Origin: the human T2T-CHM13v2.0 reference genome, Homo sapiens
Assembly: GCF_009914755.1 (NCBI RefSeq)
Contig: NC_060936.1
DNA: 64,000 bases
Strand: one strand, 5' to 3'
Each line of letters opens with the position of its first letter. Within the stretch, counting starts at the first letter, position 1. The notes under the pieces were generated by a model. That model was not told the DNA's origin. It made no database searches and saw nothing but the letters and a program-made list of their open reading frames with translations. The position numbers and the translations under genes were made by a program. Below are positions 19,264-35,340 of the stretch, one piece after another.

Positions 19264-19269
19264 AATAAA
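19264..19269 (+). terminator. Candidate polyadenylation signal AATAAA
   Basis: AATAAA followed about 20 nt later by a GT-rich element (tgtttgtacctgtggtgttcttt). Confidence 0.5.
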
Positions 19270-20199
19270 GTCTGTGTAAACTGTTTGTACCTGTGGTGTT
19301 CTTTGAGTCCAAATGAAGGGGCTGAGCCAATGCTGACCAATTTCAGAGCGTGTGAATGAGAGTGTGAAGATGGGGGAAAAAGGTGTGGTGACTGCTGAGA
19401 ATGCCTAGGAGGGATGTGTGCATCTCCCTGGTGCAGAGCATGAAGGAGGCTGTCAGGACCTCTCTCATGGGATGGCTAAGCTTATGTTGGCGGAACAGGA
19501 CAGCCTGAAAAGAAAGCTCATTCTGAAGATACAACAGGCTGATGAGAGTACCTGTTAATATTTAGGGACTCTGCTGCCTAGAAATTCAGATTTTAAAAAT
19601 CTGTGGTCACGCCAGAGTTGGCTTTTTTGGGTGGGGGAGGCATGTTGTGTTTCTCTTCCTCTGATATCCCATTGTTGGAGACTTAGAGAAGAGGGGGAGA
19701 GGGAAGCAATGGAGGGAGAGTAGAGCGGCCAGTGAGGGGGTGAAAGGAAAGGGTGAGGGATCCCAGCAGCAGCTTTACTGAGTGCCAAGGAAGGCACCCA
19801 CTGAGAACGTCCTGAACATGTGGCACCATGTGGACATTTATTACACAGCCAGTGCCAGCACAGCCTGTGGCCTACAGACAGAGAGCTCACTAGTTCTGAG
19901 GCCTTTTGCTATCTTTTGGCTATTCTTTACCCCAACAGTACACACATCATACCCTTTGTCTCACAGAGAGACACGCTTAGATTGCATTGAGTAGAGTATG
20001 GGAAGGCTGCTCCTGCAGGAAACAGAGCCAGTTCTGATGCCTTGGACTGTGGAGGGGCTAGGGTACAAGTGCAGAGAGATGACATGTATCATTTTCACAC
20101 TCAGGGTTGTTAAGGATTCCATTAATTGATATGAGAAAAGTGCTTACAACAGCACCTGGCTCATGGTAAGCACATAGTAAGCAATAAAAAATTTGGAGG

Positions 20200-20605
20200 T
20201 AGGTGATTCCTGGGTTGGTTAATTCAGCAATAATCCTATTAGGGCTCTGGTCAGCTTCTCTGCAGTTCTCTTGGGTTTTCCCCTCACAGTCACAAGATGG
20301 CTCCTGAAGCTCCAGGTGTCACATCTGCAGCATAACTTCCAAATGCAGGTAGGGTGAGAGGGTTTTCTAGCTTCCCCCATTCTCTCTCTAAAAAGGGGAA
20401 AATCTTTCCCAAAAGGCCACCTTCCTCCTATGTCATTGGTTATAACTGAATCACATACTCATCTCTAAGATGGGAAAAGGGAGATGGGATTATCATGTTT
20501 GGTTTGAACCCATTAGACGCATCCTGTGGGGTTGGGCCCATCTTCCATAACCATTTTGCTGCTCTAATACTTGTACAAAATCAGGGTTCTGTTAGCAAAG
20601 GATAG
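20200..20605. mobile_element. MLT1-type MaLR LTR fragment
   Basis: caagatggctcctgaagctccagg…aaaatcagggttctgttag motifs. Confidence 0.6.
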
Positions 20606-21639
20606 GCAGGAGTTGTGAGTGATTACATGTCCCAAAGTGACTGCCAGTGGACCCAGGAAAACCTGCACCACGGGGCCTCTGCAGAGCTGGAGCCGCAGTG
20701 TAGAGGGCCATGAACCTCAGCAGCAGGGATGCCAGGAGGCCAAGAAACTCCTCTGAAGGTCAGTGGGGAGATTTCTAACGCATCAGTACCTGAGTCCCAC
20801 TCTACACCAATTACATAGACTCTCTGGAGAGGAGCCAGGTGCCAATATCTGTGAAACCCTCTCCAGATGATTCTTTGCAGGCAGGGTTGAACGTCAGTTG
20901 CCATAATGCTTTTCCTCTGCCATGACCAGGCTTTTCTGTGTCTGCTTCACTTCCAGCTCTCCACTCTGTAATACTCAGCTCTGCTACAATGTCAGTTTCT
21001 CCTGCCTAGATTATCACAGCCTTAACCACCTCCAGATTCTTTCCGCTTCAACCCCCACTCTTCACAGCTTCATTGCCTCTGTATTTCCAAAATCAGATTC
21101 CCAAGACTGAGAATGCAATTGTTCGTCATTTCTCAGCAGGCCACACTGTAGGTCCCTGGCCAGCCTATGGGTTAGGGGCCTTTGGGTCTGAAGCCACCTT
21201 TGGGCCAACCAGGGAAGAGTGAGAGTGAAGTGATAAAGAATATGGCAGGTGAAGGGTGTTCCTTGTCAGGGTTGCAACGTCGTTTCCCCTAGAAGAAAAC
21301 AAGGGCCAGAGAGACATAGTAATGATGTGTCTAGTTATCTTAGTGACGTCCAAAGGCTGTTTCCCGGTTACAGACCTGGCTACAGAATTACCCCTTTTAC
21401 CTTTTGCTTGTGTTTAATTATAAGGACAAACAGGCACATACTTAGAAGAACAGCCTGCAAGTCACTGCGTTGCTCCCTCGACAGAGCACACTTACCATGG
21501 TCGCACTTGCTTGTGATGTCAGTGCTCACGGATAGAGGGAAGCATAGAGCTTCCCTGTCCAGAGGCTGAGGGCATGATTGAGGCCTTTAGCAAGAGACAG
21601 TGTATAATATATAACAAGCCAATCAGGAACAAACCTGCC

Positions 21640-21790
21640 TGAGTTCAAGTCCTAGCTCTGCCCCCATAGCTGTATGCCCTTGGGCTACTGGCTTCATCTG
21701 TGCCTCAGTTTTTTCACCTGCAAAATGGGAGTGATAGTACTACCTACTTTATAGGGTCAATAAGGAAGAGTCAGTGAATTCACAAGCATG
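21640..21790 (+). mobile_element. MIR
   Basis: gagttcaagtcctagctctgcc…ctgtgcctcagttt…aaaatggg. Confidence 0.75.
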
Positions 21791-22517
21791 CTAAGGCAGG
21801 CTCCCCTCCATGTGCCCTCTGAGCCTCCTCTGGTAGCAGCAGGTCTTCCCTCCTCTTGCCCTTCTGATGCTTGGATTTGCAGCTGTGTGGTGGAGTTGAC
21901 CCCTAGAGTCCAGGGGAAAGGAGTCGTGGTCACTGTGACCTTTGTCTGTGTGGTTTATAGGTATTAACTCATAGGAAGAGAGACTTTGCTTGGGCTCCTA
22001 GTCTACACCACGTTCTCCAGCACAACTTCTACCTTTCATTTGGAGTTAGGGAATGTTTGCCTAGTTGTAAGATCATCAGTACTTTATTTGGCCATTGATC
22101 TTTAGTGTATATGGAGGGACTGGAGGGTGGGAGTGGAAATAGTGCTATAGTCAATACCCCTAAAGGGTAGTGACCATTTGTCTATTATTATTACCATAGT
22201 CCCCAAAGCCCCTCCACGCTCTCAGAAATTACACAATGCATTATCATCACCAGATTTCCCTAATAGCCACAGTAGGCAAGGAGGAAATGCCTTGGCCTTC
22301 ACTACCCAGGCTAAACAGTAGTAAAACAGTTTTCTAGTAACTTTCAGCTGTGGGATTCCAGCACTAGTTTTGAGTCATAGGGGACTCCATGTCTAGTTTT
22401 AACAGTTTCATCATCACAGTCATCGTCATCAAAGGCCTGCTTTGGGCATTTCATAACCTACCACGCAGGGTTGAAGCACTTCACTGAGAGAATCACTGGC
22501 AGTAGTGGACAGCACCT

Positions 22518-22518
<1 letters not shown>

Positions 22519-22552
<34 letters not shown>
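22519..22552. repeat. (GT)17 microsatellite
   Basis: Perfect GT run; a MIR follows at ~22555-22730. Confidence 0.95.
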
Positions 22553-22554
<2 letters not shown>

Positions 22555-25099
22555 TAAGCATGTCACAAATACATTCTCTGATCTAATCCTCACCACACAC
22601 ACAATGGGCACTATTCCTTCTACAGATGAGGAAACTGAAGCTCAAAAAGGTAAATAAGTTACTGAAGTTCACATAACTGGTAAGTGGCAGAGCCCAGGGT
22701 GAAGTCATGTTTGTCTGGAATCTGTGCTCTCGGCTTCCCCTCTCTACTGACTCCATTAAGGGGTCTGACTATGGGATCGTGACTATGAGGGCTGCTTCTA
22801 AAACACATACCTGATATGTAAATTAAAGGACATACTGAAAAATAAAACAGTAGAGAAATGTGAAATTAGAGAACATACTATTACATCACTTGTAAATAGC
22901 AAGAGAAGTTGAGAAAGTGAATAAAAATTCAAATTCTTCTTCTGGAACAATTCAACAAATTCACATTCTAGAATTTGTTCCAGAAAGTATTCATAGGATA
23001 TGGCAGATATGCAACTTTTTTTTTTTTAATGAATGAGCAAAGAAAGTCGTCCCTGCTCCTGAGCAATCCTGGAAAAGTTTTCCCAGGAAGAACATAGGAC
23101 TCATTAAGATGTGAAGAACTCAAGCACTGATCAAATATTTTGGTAATTTAAATAAATAATTGCCACATCATAATTTATTGCATCAATTTCCCTACCTTGT
23201 GTTCAGGGGAGCCATGGTTTCAGTCTACCTGACAGTGGTCAGACCCCACAGAAAGCACTATGGTATGTTCAGAGGCTGCTGGAAAAACAGAGAAACCCAA
23301 AGCTTGTCCTGAGGAGGACCTGTTGAAGGAAATGGCGAAGAGACTCAGGGAGTACTGGCAGCTGGGTTTATCTCATCATTGTCCTCAAAATTCATGCTTG
23401 AGGACATGAGTTTTGAAGGGCATGGAGGTGAAATGAGTTCTCTGAGGATCTACAACTGGACTCACATAAAAAACGAGACTATATATGCAAAGCACAGTGG
23501 TGAGGCCTGTGGGTTTTGTAGCATCAGGGAGGGGACTCTTTCAGAGACAGGGAGGCCTTCAAAGAGAAGACAGGGTTGGAGAAGGAAAAGAAGTTATAGA
23601 TTGGGTCCCACAGGCAGGATGACCATGAATTGACTGGTTTGCTTGCAATTAAGGGTTTTGTAAAAGGAAGCAAGTGTGCTTAAAATAGGAGACCCAGGAA
23701 AGAAGACCTTAAATGCCAGGTTATGAGGTGGGGACTATCCTGTAAGCTCTAAGGCACCATCAGATGGGAGATGTGTGCTCATTGGCATTTTAGGAAAATT
23801 CATCTTGTAGCAGTGAGGGAGAAGAATTGGAAAAGGGAAAAACTGGATGTAGCTAGGCCACGGCAGGGCAATGGTGATGAAGAGGAAGAGGGAAGATAAG
23901 GAGACAAATGAAGAAACAACAGACTTGGAACCCATGAATGACTGGCCGTGGAGGAAGCGCAGGTGCAGTAAAACAGCACCCTGATGTCATGCGTCTGAGA
24001 GAAAAGCTGTCATGTGAAATAAAGATTAAGCTCATTTGACAGAGCTCTAGAGGATGTAACCAAGACCAACTTATCTTCTGGGAGGCAGATTTGGGCTCAG
24101 TGTGAGGAACTCACAGCTAATGCTGTCCAAGAATGGAATTGGCTGCCCTGGTACCAGCAAGTTCCCAGGGTTGAGGATGCCAGGAAGCTGCAGGTGTGGG
24201 AGGATGGACTTGAGGGCCCGTGACTTCAAGACAGGGACAGAGAGGGCGCTGCAGACAGACACCGCCTGGGAGCAGGATGAGAGATGGGAGGGTGGTGAAG
24301 AAGGAGTGGGTGGGGAACAGATGTCTGCGTTAGGAGGAGGGAGCAGACGGGTGCGGGGAAGAAAGCCTGGGTGGGATGAGGCTGTCTGCAGCTGAGGCCC
24401 AGCAGGTGGATGAGGGCCTCAGCACTTGGAGTCCCCACTGCTCGGAGGCTGGATCTTTGAGTGACATGGGACCCAGGTTTCATGGGTCTAGGTTAAAAAC
24501 AGAGTTTCATAAGAACACAGGAAAGTATTTTCATGACTGTCCCACCTCCAGCTGCCACTGTAGGACTTCCAGACCCTCTTAAAAGTCCCTAGGGCGGAAT
24601 GTCTGACCTCAATGGCAACCTCCCCATTCCAGGCTCCAGTTCCAGCTCTCTGTGTCATCCCCACCGCTTAGCAAGACCCGTGCTGCCACTGGCTCCACCG
24701 CCCACTGCCCACATGTGCCACGCCACCCTGCACTGGGCCAACACCCCTGTGTGCGGATGGCATTGGCTCATGGGGGGCCTCAGTGCAGCAGTGCCAAGCT
24801 ATTTTCCCTGATCTAGGAGTGAAGAGCCTTTCCCCCCCCACATTGAGGCACCCTCTGCCAACGGATTCCCACAGCTAAGTTGTCAAGATTTCTCCAATGG
24901 GTCAAAGGGAGACAGTTCATTGCAAGGTGGCCATTGCCTGGAAGGCCCAGGTCCCACAAAGAGGATGGAGTAGATTGACCCTTACTGCTAATTCTCCACC
25001 CAGGTCCAATCAGATGTGGCCAGTGTCAGAGTCAGGCAGATGGCAGAGGCTGTGAGTGAGGGCTGCTTTTAGATGGAGATGTGGGTAGGACTGGCAATG

Positions 25100-25330
25100 A
25101 GTGTCATCTCTAATACGCTTTGAGTGCTCAAGATGTGCCAAACGCTGTACTTCAAGTGCGTAATTCATCTAACTCTCGCAACAGTAGGCATTGTGATTCC
25201 TTCTTTACAGGTGTGGAAACTGAGGTTAAGAACAGTTAAGTATTTGTATGATGTACAGCCAGTAGATGGCAGAGCTAAGATTCCAACCTAGGTCTTTCTG
25301 AGTCCAAAGCACATGTGTGCTCATACATCA
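25100..25330 (-). mobile_element. MIR
   Basis: ttacaggtgtggaaactgagg…ggcagagctaagattccaacctagg. Confidence 0.7.
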
Positions 25331-25746
25331 CTGTTATAACCACACTGGTTCAGCTGGTCTAGTTTTCTAGGCCCAGAAGACCACTTTGAGAGCTGAGTAT
25401 TTGGTTTGGCCATATCTACACTGACTCGTCTATTGAATCAACAAATAATGATGGAGCACGTGCTCTGTGCCAGCCCCCGTCCCTGATGCTCAGGCCACAG
25501 TGGTGAACAACTCAGGAGTTTCCAGCCCAGAAAGGAGCAACAGAAATAAGTACATTACAGTGAGGAGGAGGCTGGTCTCACCAATACACAGTGCAGAAAA
25601 CCTTTGTAAGGAAACCCTAGGCTGATGGTTGTCACATGGCCCTGGCCGGGGCAAGTCAAGAGACACGGTTCTGGTTCTGGTCCTCACTCTTCTCATTACT
25701 AGCTTCAGTTTCCTTCTCTGGACTCCAGTTTCCTTATGAGGGGACA

Positions 25747-25974
25747 GACTGAGATGGTTTCTAAGCTGTCTTCCAATATTCCCTGACTGAGATGGTTTCT
25801 AAGCTGTCTTCCAATATTCCCTGACTGAGATGTTTTCTAAGCTGTCTTCCAATATTCCCTGACTGAGATGGTTTCTAAGCTGTCTTCCAATATTCCCTGA
25901 CTGAGATGGTTTCTAAGCTGTCTTCCAATATTCCCTGACTGAGATGGTTTCTAAGCTGTCTTCCAATATTCCCT
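25747..25974. repeat. 38-bp tandem repeat, 6 copies (VNTR)
   Basis: Unit gactgagatggtttctaagctgtcttccaatattccct, head to tail, one substitution in copy 3, no spacers. Confidence 0.97.
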
Positions 25975-27086
25975 GAGTCTATAATGAGGGCAGGAATTGC
26001 TTGGCAGGATCCACCCTGGGCCTTAGGTGTGATGAGTCAGGAGCTACAGAGGTGTGACGAGGATGGAAGATTGGACAGATGTGAGTCCAGGGAACCATGC
26101 TCAGGACCAGAGACATCCAGGAGGGTCCAGGCAAGCTGAAGTCTGGGGTCCAGCAGGTGAGAGCTGGAGGCAGCAGCATCAGGAGGAAGAAGCCCCTCAT
26201 AGGACCTAAACCCTCAGGGACCCTATTAGGGCAGGCTGGTACACATGTCCCTGAGTGGTCGCCTGGCTCTGGCGTATTGCCATTGATGAAGGTCCAAAGT
26301 AAAGGGTTCACACAGTCTTCAATCCCTTGCCTGAAAGGGACAGCTCCATTCATCTTATCACTCGGTCACAGACACAGCTTTGCCTGTCCTTTAATGAGTT
26401 ATTGGAAAAATCTAACCAGAGGCCATCTGTGTTATGTTACTGCAGAGATAAGTCACACCCTCAGACAACACTGTGACCTTGCAGATCAAATCCCTGGAAC
26501 CAGAGTCTTCATCCCACGGGCAAAGTCCCAACCAGGAAGGTGGAAATGCAAATCCTTAGAGGAAGAAGAGGAGAGGCCTGTCTAGGCCTCCCGATCAGCC
26601 TTTCATTGTCTCCATGACAAATATCTCACTGCCGATATCTCACTATGGTTATCTCACCACCTGCTTTGAAGAGGCAATGGAAGAAATCAAGCACCTGCCT
26701 CTGGGTCCCATACTTCCCACTGTCTACTCCAACACAGCCCCTTCCTATATCTTCAACTACTGGTTCCTCCCATCCATCTCTCCCCTTGCACAGGATAAAC
26801 ATACCAAGAGGTGTTACATGTCAGGGAATGCTCAGGGGCCTCATTCTCTTTGTCAAGCCCCAGCTCCAGATCTCCCCCAGTTCCTGCTGACATTGACCCC
26901 CACAGTGCATGCCCAGCAAGTCTGCCAGCTTCTTTTTTCTTCTGCCCATTGCTCCTGTCCTCCCCAGAGGATTGGAATTGGATGAGGTACATGGATGCTG
27001 TTGGGCTAGACATAGTTTCAAACAAAATATACCTTTTGTGGAGCACTATATAGTAGGTATAATTACTTTACAGATGAAGACACTGA

Positions 27087-28058
<972 letters not shown>

Positions 28059-28607
28059 TGATTCCACTTGGGTAGGAGCCAAGATTCCCCTGTACTCAGC
28101 CAGAAGAGCACATCCAGAAAGAAAGGTGTCTGCCAGTGCCTTCCATAGGGAGCACACACGCAGCTTTCAACTGTAACCACAGTCACAGCACAAGAGAGCA
28201 GAGCTTCCAGGGGCCCTCGCATGGAACGCAGGAGCTCATCCTTCCTGTCTCCTTAGCCTGAGCTATCTGGGTCAGAAAGCACCCAAGTTCGCCAGAAAGC
28301 AGGTTCTCTTCCATTCAATTTGGCCAGAACCAGAGGGGAGATAAGGCCTGGCTTCTGTCTTCATGGCAGCCTTTCTGTGTGCAGCCTCTTATCTGACCCT
28401 TGAAACTGAGGGCAATTATTGTTATTTCCTTTCTAGAGATAAGAACATTCAGGGCCAAAAGACCAGTGAATGCTGTCCCTGCTGTACCTCGATGCCTCCT
28501 GTTTAGATGTGATCATTTTCTCACCATTTCCTTTCCAAGTGGACATTTACCTGCAATTTGTTAAATGGGCCAATTTTTTAAAAAATCATAAGAACGAAGT
28601 ACAGAAC

Positions 28608-28795
28608 TATTGTCCAATATGCTATCCACTAGCTACATGTGGCTGTTTAAAATAAAATTTTAAAGAATTTCATTTCTGAGTCCCACCAGCCACATTTCAG
28701 GTGCTCCATAGCCACATGTGGCTAATGGCTGGTGGATTGGATGGCACAGGTGACAACATTTCCGCCATTGCAGGAAGTTCTAATTGACAGCACTG
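28608..28795. mobile_element. MER3/MER33-like hAT-Charlie MITE
   Basis: tgtccaatatg…cactagctacatgtggct…agccacatgtggcta…gaagttctaattgacagcactg. Confidence 0.7.
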
Positions 28796-28857
28796 TAAAT
28801 ACTTAGAAGGTACAGAAAATTATAAAGTTAAATACAACTATAAAGATATTCATTTTC

Positions 28858-30282
<1,425 letters not shown>

Positions 30283-31233
30283 CTAGTCATTTTCTGAGCA
30301 TATTTCTGTTTACATTATTACAACCATGCTGTATGTAACACTTGAATTGATTTTTTCAGCTTTATTAAGCTATAATCATCAAAAATCATATAAAGTGAAC
30401 AACTCGATGTTTTGATATATGTATACAGTGTGAAATGATCACCACACCAAGCTAATTAATATATCCACCACCTCATATAATTATCTTAATTTTTTTGTGG
30501 TAGGAATCTGGATTTTTTTGGCCACTATCATGTCATCAAAAAGTCATTATAAACATCATTATTAATAACTGGATAACATCAAGGGATACACAATGACTGA
30601 TTGAACCAATTCCCTATTGTTGGACATCTGTGCTATTTCTAATTGATTGCCTGTTACCAAGATTGTGACAAACATCTTTGTAAGTAAAGGTTTTGCTGTC
30701 ACATCATTTCTTTAGAATAGAATCTGTAATGGTAACTGTTTGTTTAAAGGATATGCCGATTTGTAAAGCTCTTGATACTACTCTTCAGCTAACCGCTTTC
30801 CCCAACAGAACCAACGGATTCTCCTCCTGCAGGGAATGGGCGTGCCGTTTTGCTGCAGCAGGAGATGGTCTGGACTGCATGGGTTTTGGTTGAGTAGAGA
30901 TGATCAAGCATCCCTGAGCAGGCTCTCCAGCTCCCCACCAGACTGAGGCCCCTCATTGTCCCCCCAAACCCCCAAAACCAGGTAGGAGTAGCCCAGATTC
31001 TTTATCAGCCACCAGGACTTGAACAAAACCTTTACAGAGAAGTACAGCCTTTCCCCAGGCCAGAAAAAACAACAGATGCCGAGCTGGGCTAGGGCCTCCT
31101 CCAGGCACCTCAACATTGAGAAAAGAAAGAGTGGGTTCCTACTATCAGGGGTTTACCTGCTGTTTGAGAATAGTACAAGTGCACTTCAAGACAAATAGGA
31201 ACTTCAATAAATATTATGAAATTTAGAAAACCT

Positions 31234-31553
<320 letters not shown>

Positions 31554-33224
31554 AACCTGCCCCTGGATTCTGGGGAATTGCTACATTTTTCAGGGAAAAC
31601 TCGCCCACACATATCACTAGTTTATTTGAGGGCAACTTCCCTCTTCCCTCTTGAGGTTGGCATCATGGAGAAGAGAGATTTTCTGTCTCAGTACTGAGCA
31701 TGCTGAGGACTTCCTTTCAGCTTCAGCTACACAGATGAGGGGCAAATTCAATGCCTGCCCAGCAACCACTGGTGAGCCTTCTAGGGGGCCCAAACTCCAC
31801 TTCCATCTGACCATGATCTCAGCTCCTCATCCCAGTTCTGCCACTCACTAGCTGCATGACCCACCCTGGGTAAGACACTTCCGCACTTTTCGTATCAGTT
31901 TCCTTCTCTATAAGAAGCAGGAAATGAAGGTCACTTCATTTTATCCCTGTCATTTTATGATATATTTGAAATCACTTTGCTACAATGCAATGTATGTATT
32001 GAGTGTTTAACGTTTATTTTATGGTGCATAAATATCATCCCAGTGGCATTCACAGAGACTGGGCCTCTGTGTTTCATCCACAAGCATTTCTTGGGTATGA
32101 GCAGAGCTGTTGCTGAGCTGAGATACAGAAATGATGCAGAGGAACATAATCTGAGGTGCTGGCTCTGCTGAGGGAGTCTCAGGGACTCTGGGACCTCTTG
32201 ATCTGCCCTTGGGTGTTTTCCTCTTGAATTCCTGTTTCTGTCCTTACTACTGCCCTTGCCTGCTTTTCAGACTTCAGACTGATCTGTCACTGGCTCATCG
32301 AGTACCTGAGCTGAGCATCAGTATATCCTGGGGAAAGTCAGGCTTCAGTGAAAGCAAAGCTCCAGAAGTGTTAGCAGGAAAGCTCAAGAACATAGGGGAG
32401 TGTGCTCACAAAAGACAGGGCATTCCTGAGGACACAAGGCAAAGGAGGGCATGAGCCTGGGATGGGATGGGCATATGAGAGTAAGAAAGCACGAGAACCA
32501 GGAGAGGTTCTGAGGGCATGGTGACATCTGCTGCTCTCCCCAGGACACACAGCCCGCAGAGCATCAGGAATGTGCCAGGAGCTACAGGCAGGGGTTTGGC
32601 ATGGTGGTGAGCTAATATCTGCAGAATGCTGGGAATGGCATCCGGCACATAGTAGGTGCCATGTAAGTATTTGATACATAAATATGGATAGAGCATTAAG
32701 GTTTTTCCTGGCTGCCCTTTATCTTGGAAGGCAGCCTTGCTCCAAGCAAATCTCCAGTGCCTCAGACAAGCCACAGGAATCTCCCAGGATCTGCTTGCTG
32801 AAGGTTCAAAGGGCAGAGCTAATGACAGGGAAGAGGCTTTCTCTCCCGCACCTTCATCATCTTCACTCCACAGTCATCTCTTCTTCCTGCTTGCCCTCAG
32901 AGTGGGTTGTTATCTCCAAGGAATCCTTCATATGCCAAAGTCCAAGAACTGACCTGTAACTAGACTAGACTAAACTTCCTGAGACACGGACCATGTCTGC
33001 CATGTCCATTTTTGCATTCCCCATAAAGCACCATATCTAGCACACAGTACGTGCTCATTAACCCTGTGAAATGAATATATGACCCAACCCTGAGGTAAGT
33101 TAGCCTGCAAGTATAACTTAATTAGGCACAATAATATCTGGGGAGAAGTCAGACCAATACCAACCACATAGATTAATTACAGAACAGTCTCAGTTGGGGC
33201 CATGTTGAGAATCTGCTTACTGGT

Positions 33225-33850
33225 GTCTGCGCAGGAAAGGGTTAACGCAGCAGGTATGGGTTGCTCAAACCTTGCACATTCCAAAGAAAGGACTGGGCCC
33301 TTGACTGGCTCCTGGGAGGTGACCTTTGAGCCCTTGGAAGATCCTGCCTGGTTGACTTTTTTTCTATGCCCCAGGCCTTAGGCCACACTATCAGTCTGAC
33401 CAGTTTGTGCTAATAAAGTGATTTATGGTGAATGTCTGGTTTTGTATGCCTAAGGCCCTGCCTGGGCTGTGCACCAACAGTTTGACCTCTCAGTAGCGTG
33501 GGGAACTAGAGACTGAGTGGCTAAAATAAGTCATGTGGGTACTGCCACCACATAAAACCCCTGGACAACAAGGCTCATCCCTGGTTGGTAATATTTTGCA
33601 CGTGTTGTCATGCATAGTTTTTGGGGGAATTAACTGCATTCCCGTCAGGCCCACTGGGAGAGGACACCTAGAAGGTTGAGCCTGATTGCCTGATTTCTCC
33701 TGGACATCGCCACCTACTTTGTCCCTTTGCTGATGTTCATCTGTATCCTTTCCCTGTAATGAACCATAACTGTGAGTATATCAGCTTTTCGGAGTCCTGT
33801 GAGTCCTGCCAGTAAGTCATTGAATCTGAGGGGGGTCTCAGGGCACAGAT
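33225..33850 (+). mobile_element. ERVL solo LTR (MER68/MER77/MER21-like)
   Basis: gcaggaaagggttaacgcagcagg start; ccactgggagaggacacc; ataactgtgagtata…gagtcctgtgagtcct end. Confidence 0.7.
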
Positions 33851-33939
33851 AATGCAGTGTCTGTTATCAAAGAAGTTTAGAAGTGGATAATTTGTAATGA
33901 TCTTTGTCTTCAGTTACTCTGATGCCTCTCCACACAATT

Positions 33940-34250
33940 ACTTCATTCATTCATGCAACACGTGTTTTTGAACACCAACCATGTGTGGATACTGCATTCC
34001 AGGCACTGGGACATAGCAGTCAGCCAGACAAAGATCCCTGCCCTCATGGAGCTCATGTTCTAATGGGGGAAGGTGAGAGACTAAGCGATACACATAATGA
34101 AAAAGGTGATAATGCTATGGTAGGAAGAAGTAGAATAGGTACAGGGGATCAGGAGCACTGGGGCGGGGGTGGGGCTCCTTGAGAAGGTGAGATGTGGCTT
34201 GACAAAGGTGAAAGTGTGCCATGGGGGTTCCTGAAAGTTCTCTGGAGGAC
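33940..34250 (-). mobile_element. L2 3' end
   Basis: ttcattcattcatgcaaca…ccctgccctcatggagctca. Confidence 0.7.
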
Positions 34251-34879
34251 TCATTTGCCCCTTGAGTGCTTGGGCCATGGCTCTCATTCTTTAATGAGCA
34301 CCAGAATTACTTAGGAAGTTTGTGAAAGAGGCTGATTTCCAGACCCCTTTTGTGTGTGTGCGGTGGGATGGGGGCTGGCGGGGAAGTTAAGATTATAAAA
34401 CGCACTTGCCGTGAGCCTGATGCTGGAGGTCCAGGAACTGCACTTAGAGACCCACTCCATCAGGCAGGCCTGGGCAAGGAATGAGAAACAGCCCTTGCTC
34501 TCGGAGAGCTCCCACTTGAGTGGTAACAGAAGGGAGAGCTGGGTAAAACACAGTGCCTGTCAGAGCATCTCTCTGCCATTAATGCATCCATGGGGAACGT
34601 CAATGCCCGAACTGACAATTAGCTGAGGGTGGAGAACTCTGAAGGGATGCATTTTGAGGAGCTGGGGTAGAAGGGATTAGGGGACAGAGGTGAGGACTCC
34701 TGCAATAAAAATACAGGTTCCCCAGAGCAAGACCAGAGGTGCTGAGAGACCAGAAATGATCTCTTCTGAAAAGACAAGAGGGCTTGGAATCTTCCTGGGT
34801 TTCCCCAGTGGTAGTTCTGTCTGCAAGACAAAGTCTTTGGTCATGGGGAGACTGGATAAATAGAAGGGGCCTTGGAGAG

Positions 34880-35340
34880 AGTAGCAAAGGCGGTCGGAGC
34901 CGCACCCAGCTGTCCTCAGATCCCCTTTCCAGCTGTGTATGTTCACTGTCGATGGCTCCTATCAACACCTGTCTTCAGACGATAAAGCACGGGCTCCTGG
35001 GGCTAAGTCACCCAGATGCACCAAGAACTGGAAGGGGCTGCCAGTTGACGTCCCCCTGGGGCAGCCGTGGTCAGCCATTGACGGGTGCAGCAGTACAAAG
35101 CCCTGTTCCTTTGCCCTGAGGGAGGGCAAACTCTGTGCTGCAAGGCACGCCCCTGGAGCTCCCTCAGGCATCAGGCTGAGGCTGGGACTTCACCCCAAAT
35201 CAGACACTTGCCTGGCATTTACTCTTTCCCTATTCTACTGTCCCCACTTCCTTATAATATTTTCTTGGGAATATTTCCTTAGTAAACCACTTGAGCATGA
35301 ATTATTGTCTCATCTGACCACAGACAGAGAAATACTTTAA
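34880..35340 (+). mobile_element. LTR16-type ERVL LTR
   Basis: cccctggagctccc…aggctgaggctgggactt…ttccttagtaaaccacttg motifs. Confidence 0.6.

Noticed and set aside
25747-25974. CRISPR-like 38-bp repeats
   Set aside because: Units are contiguous with no spacers and the DNA is eukaryotic, so this is a VNTR.
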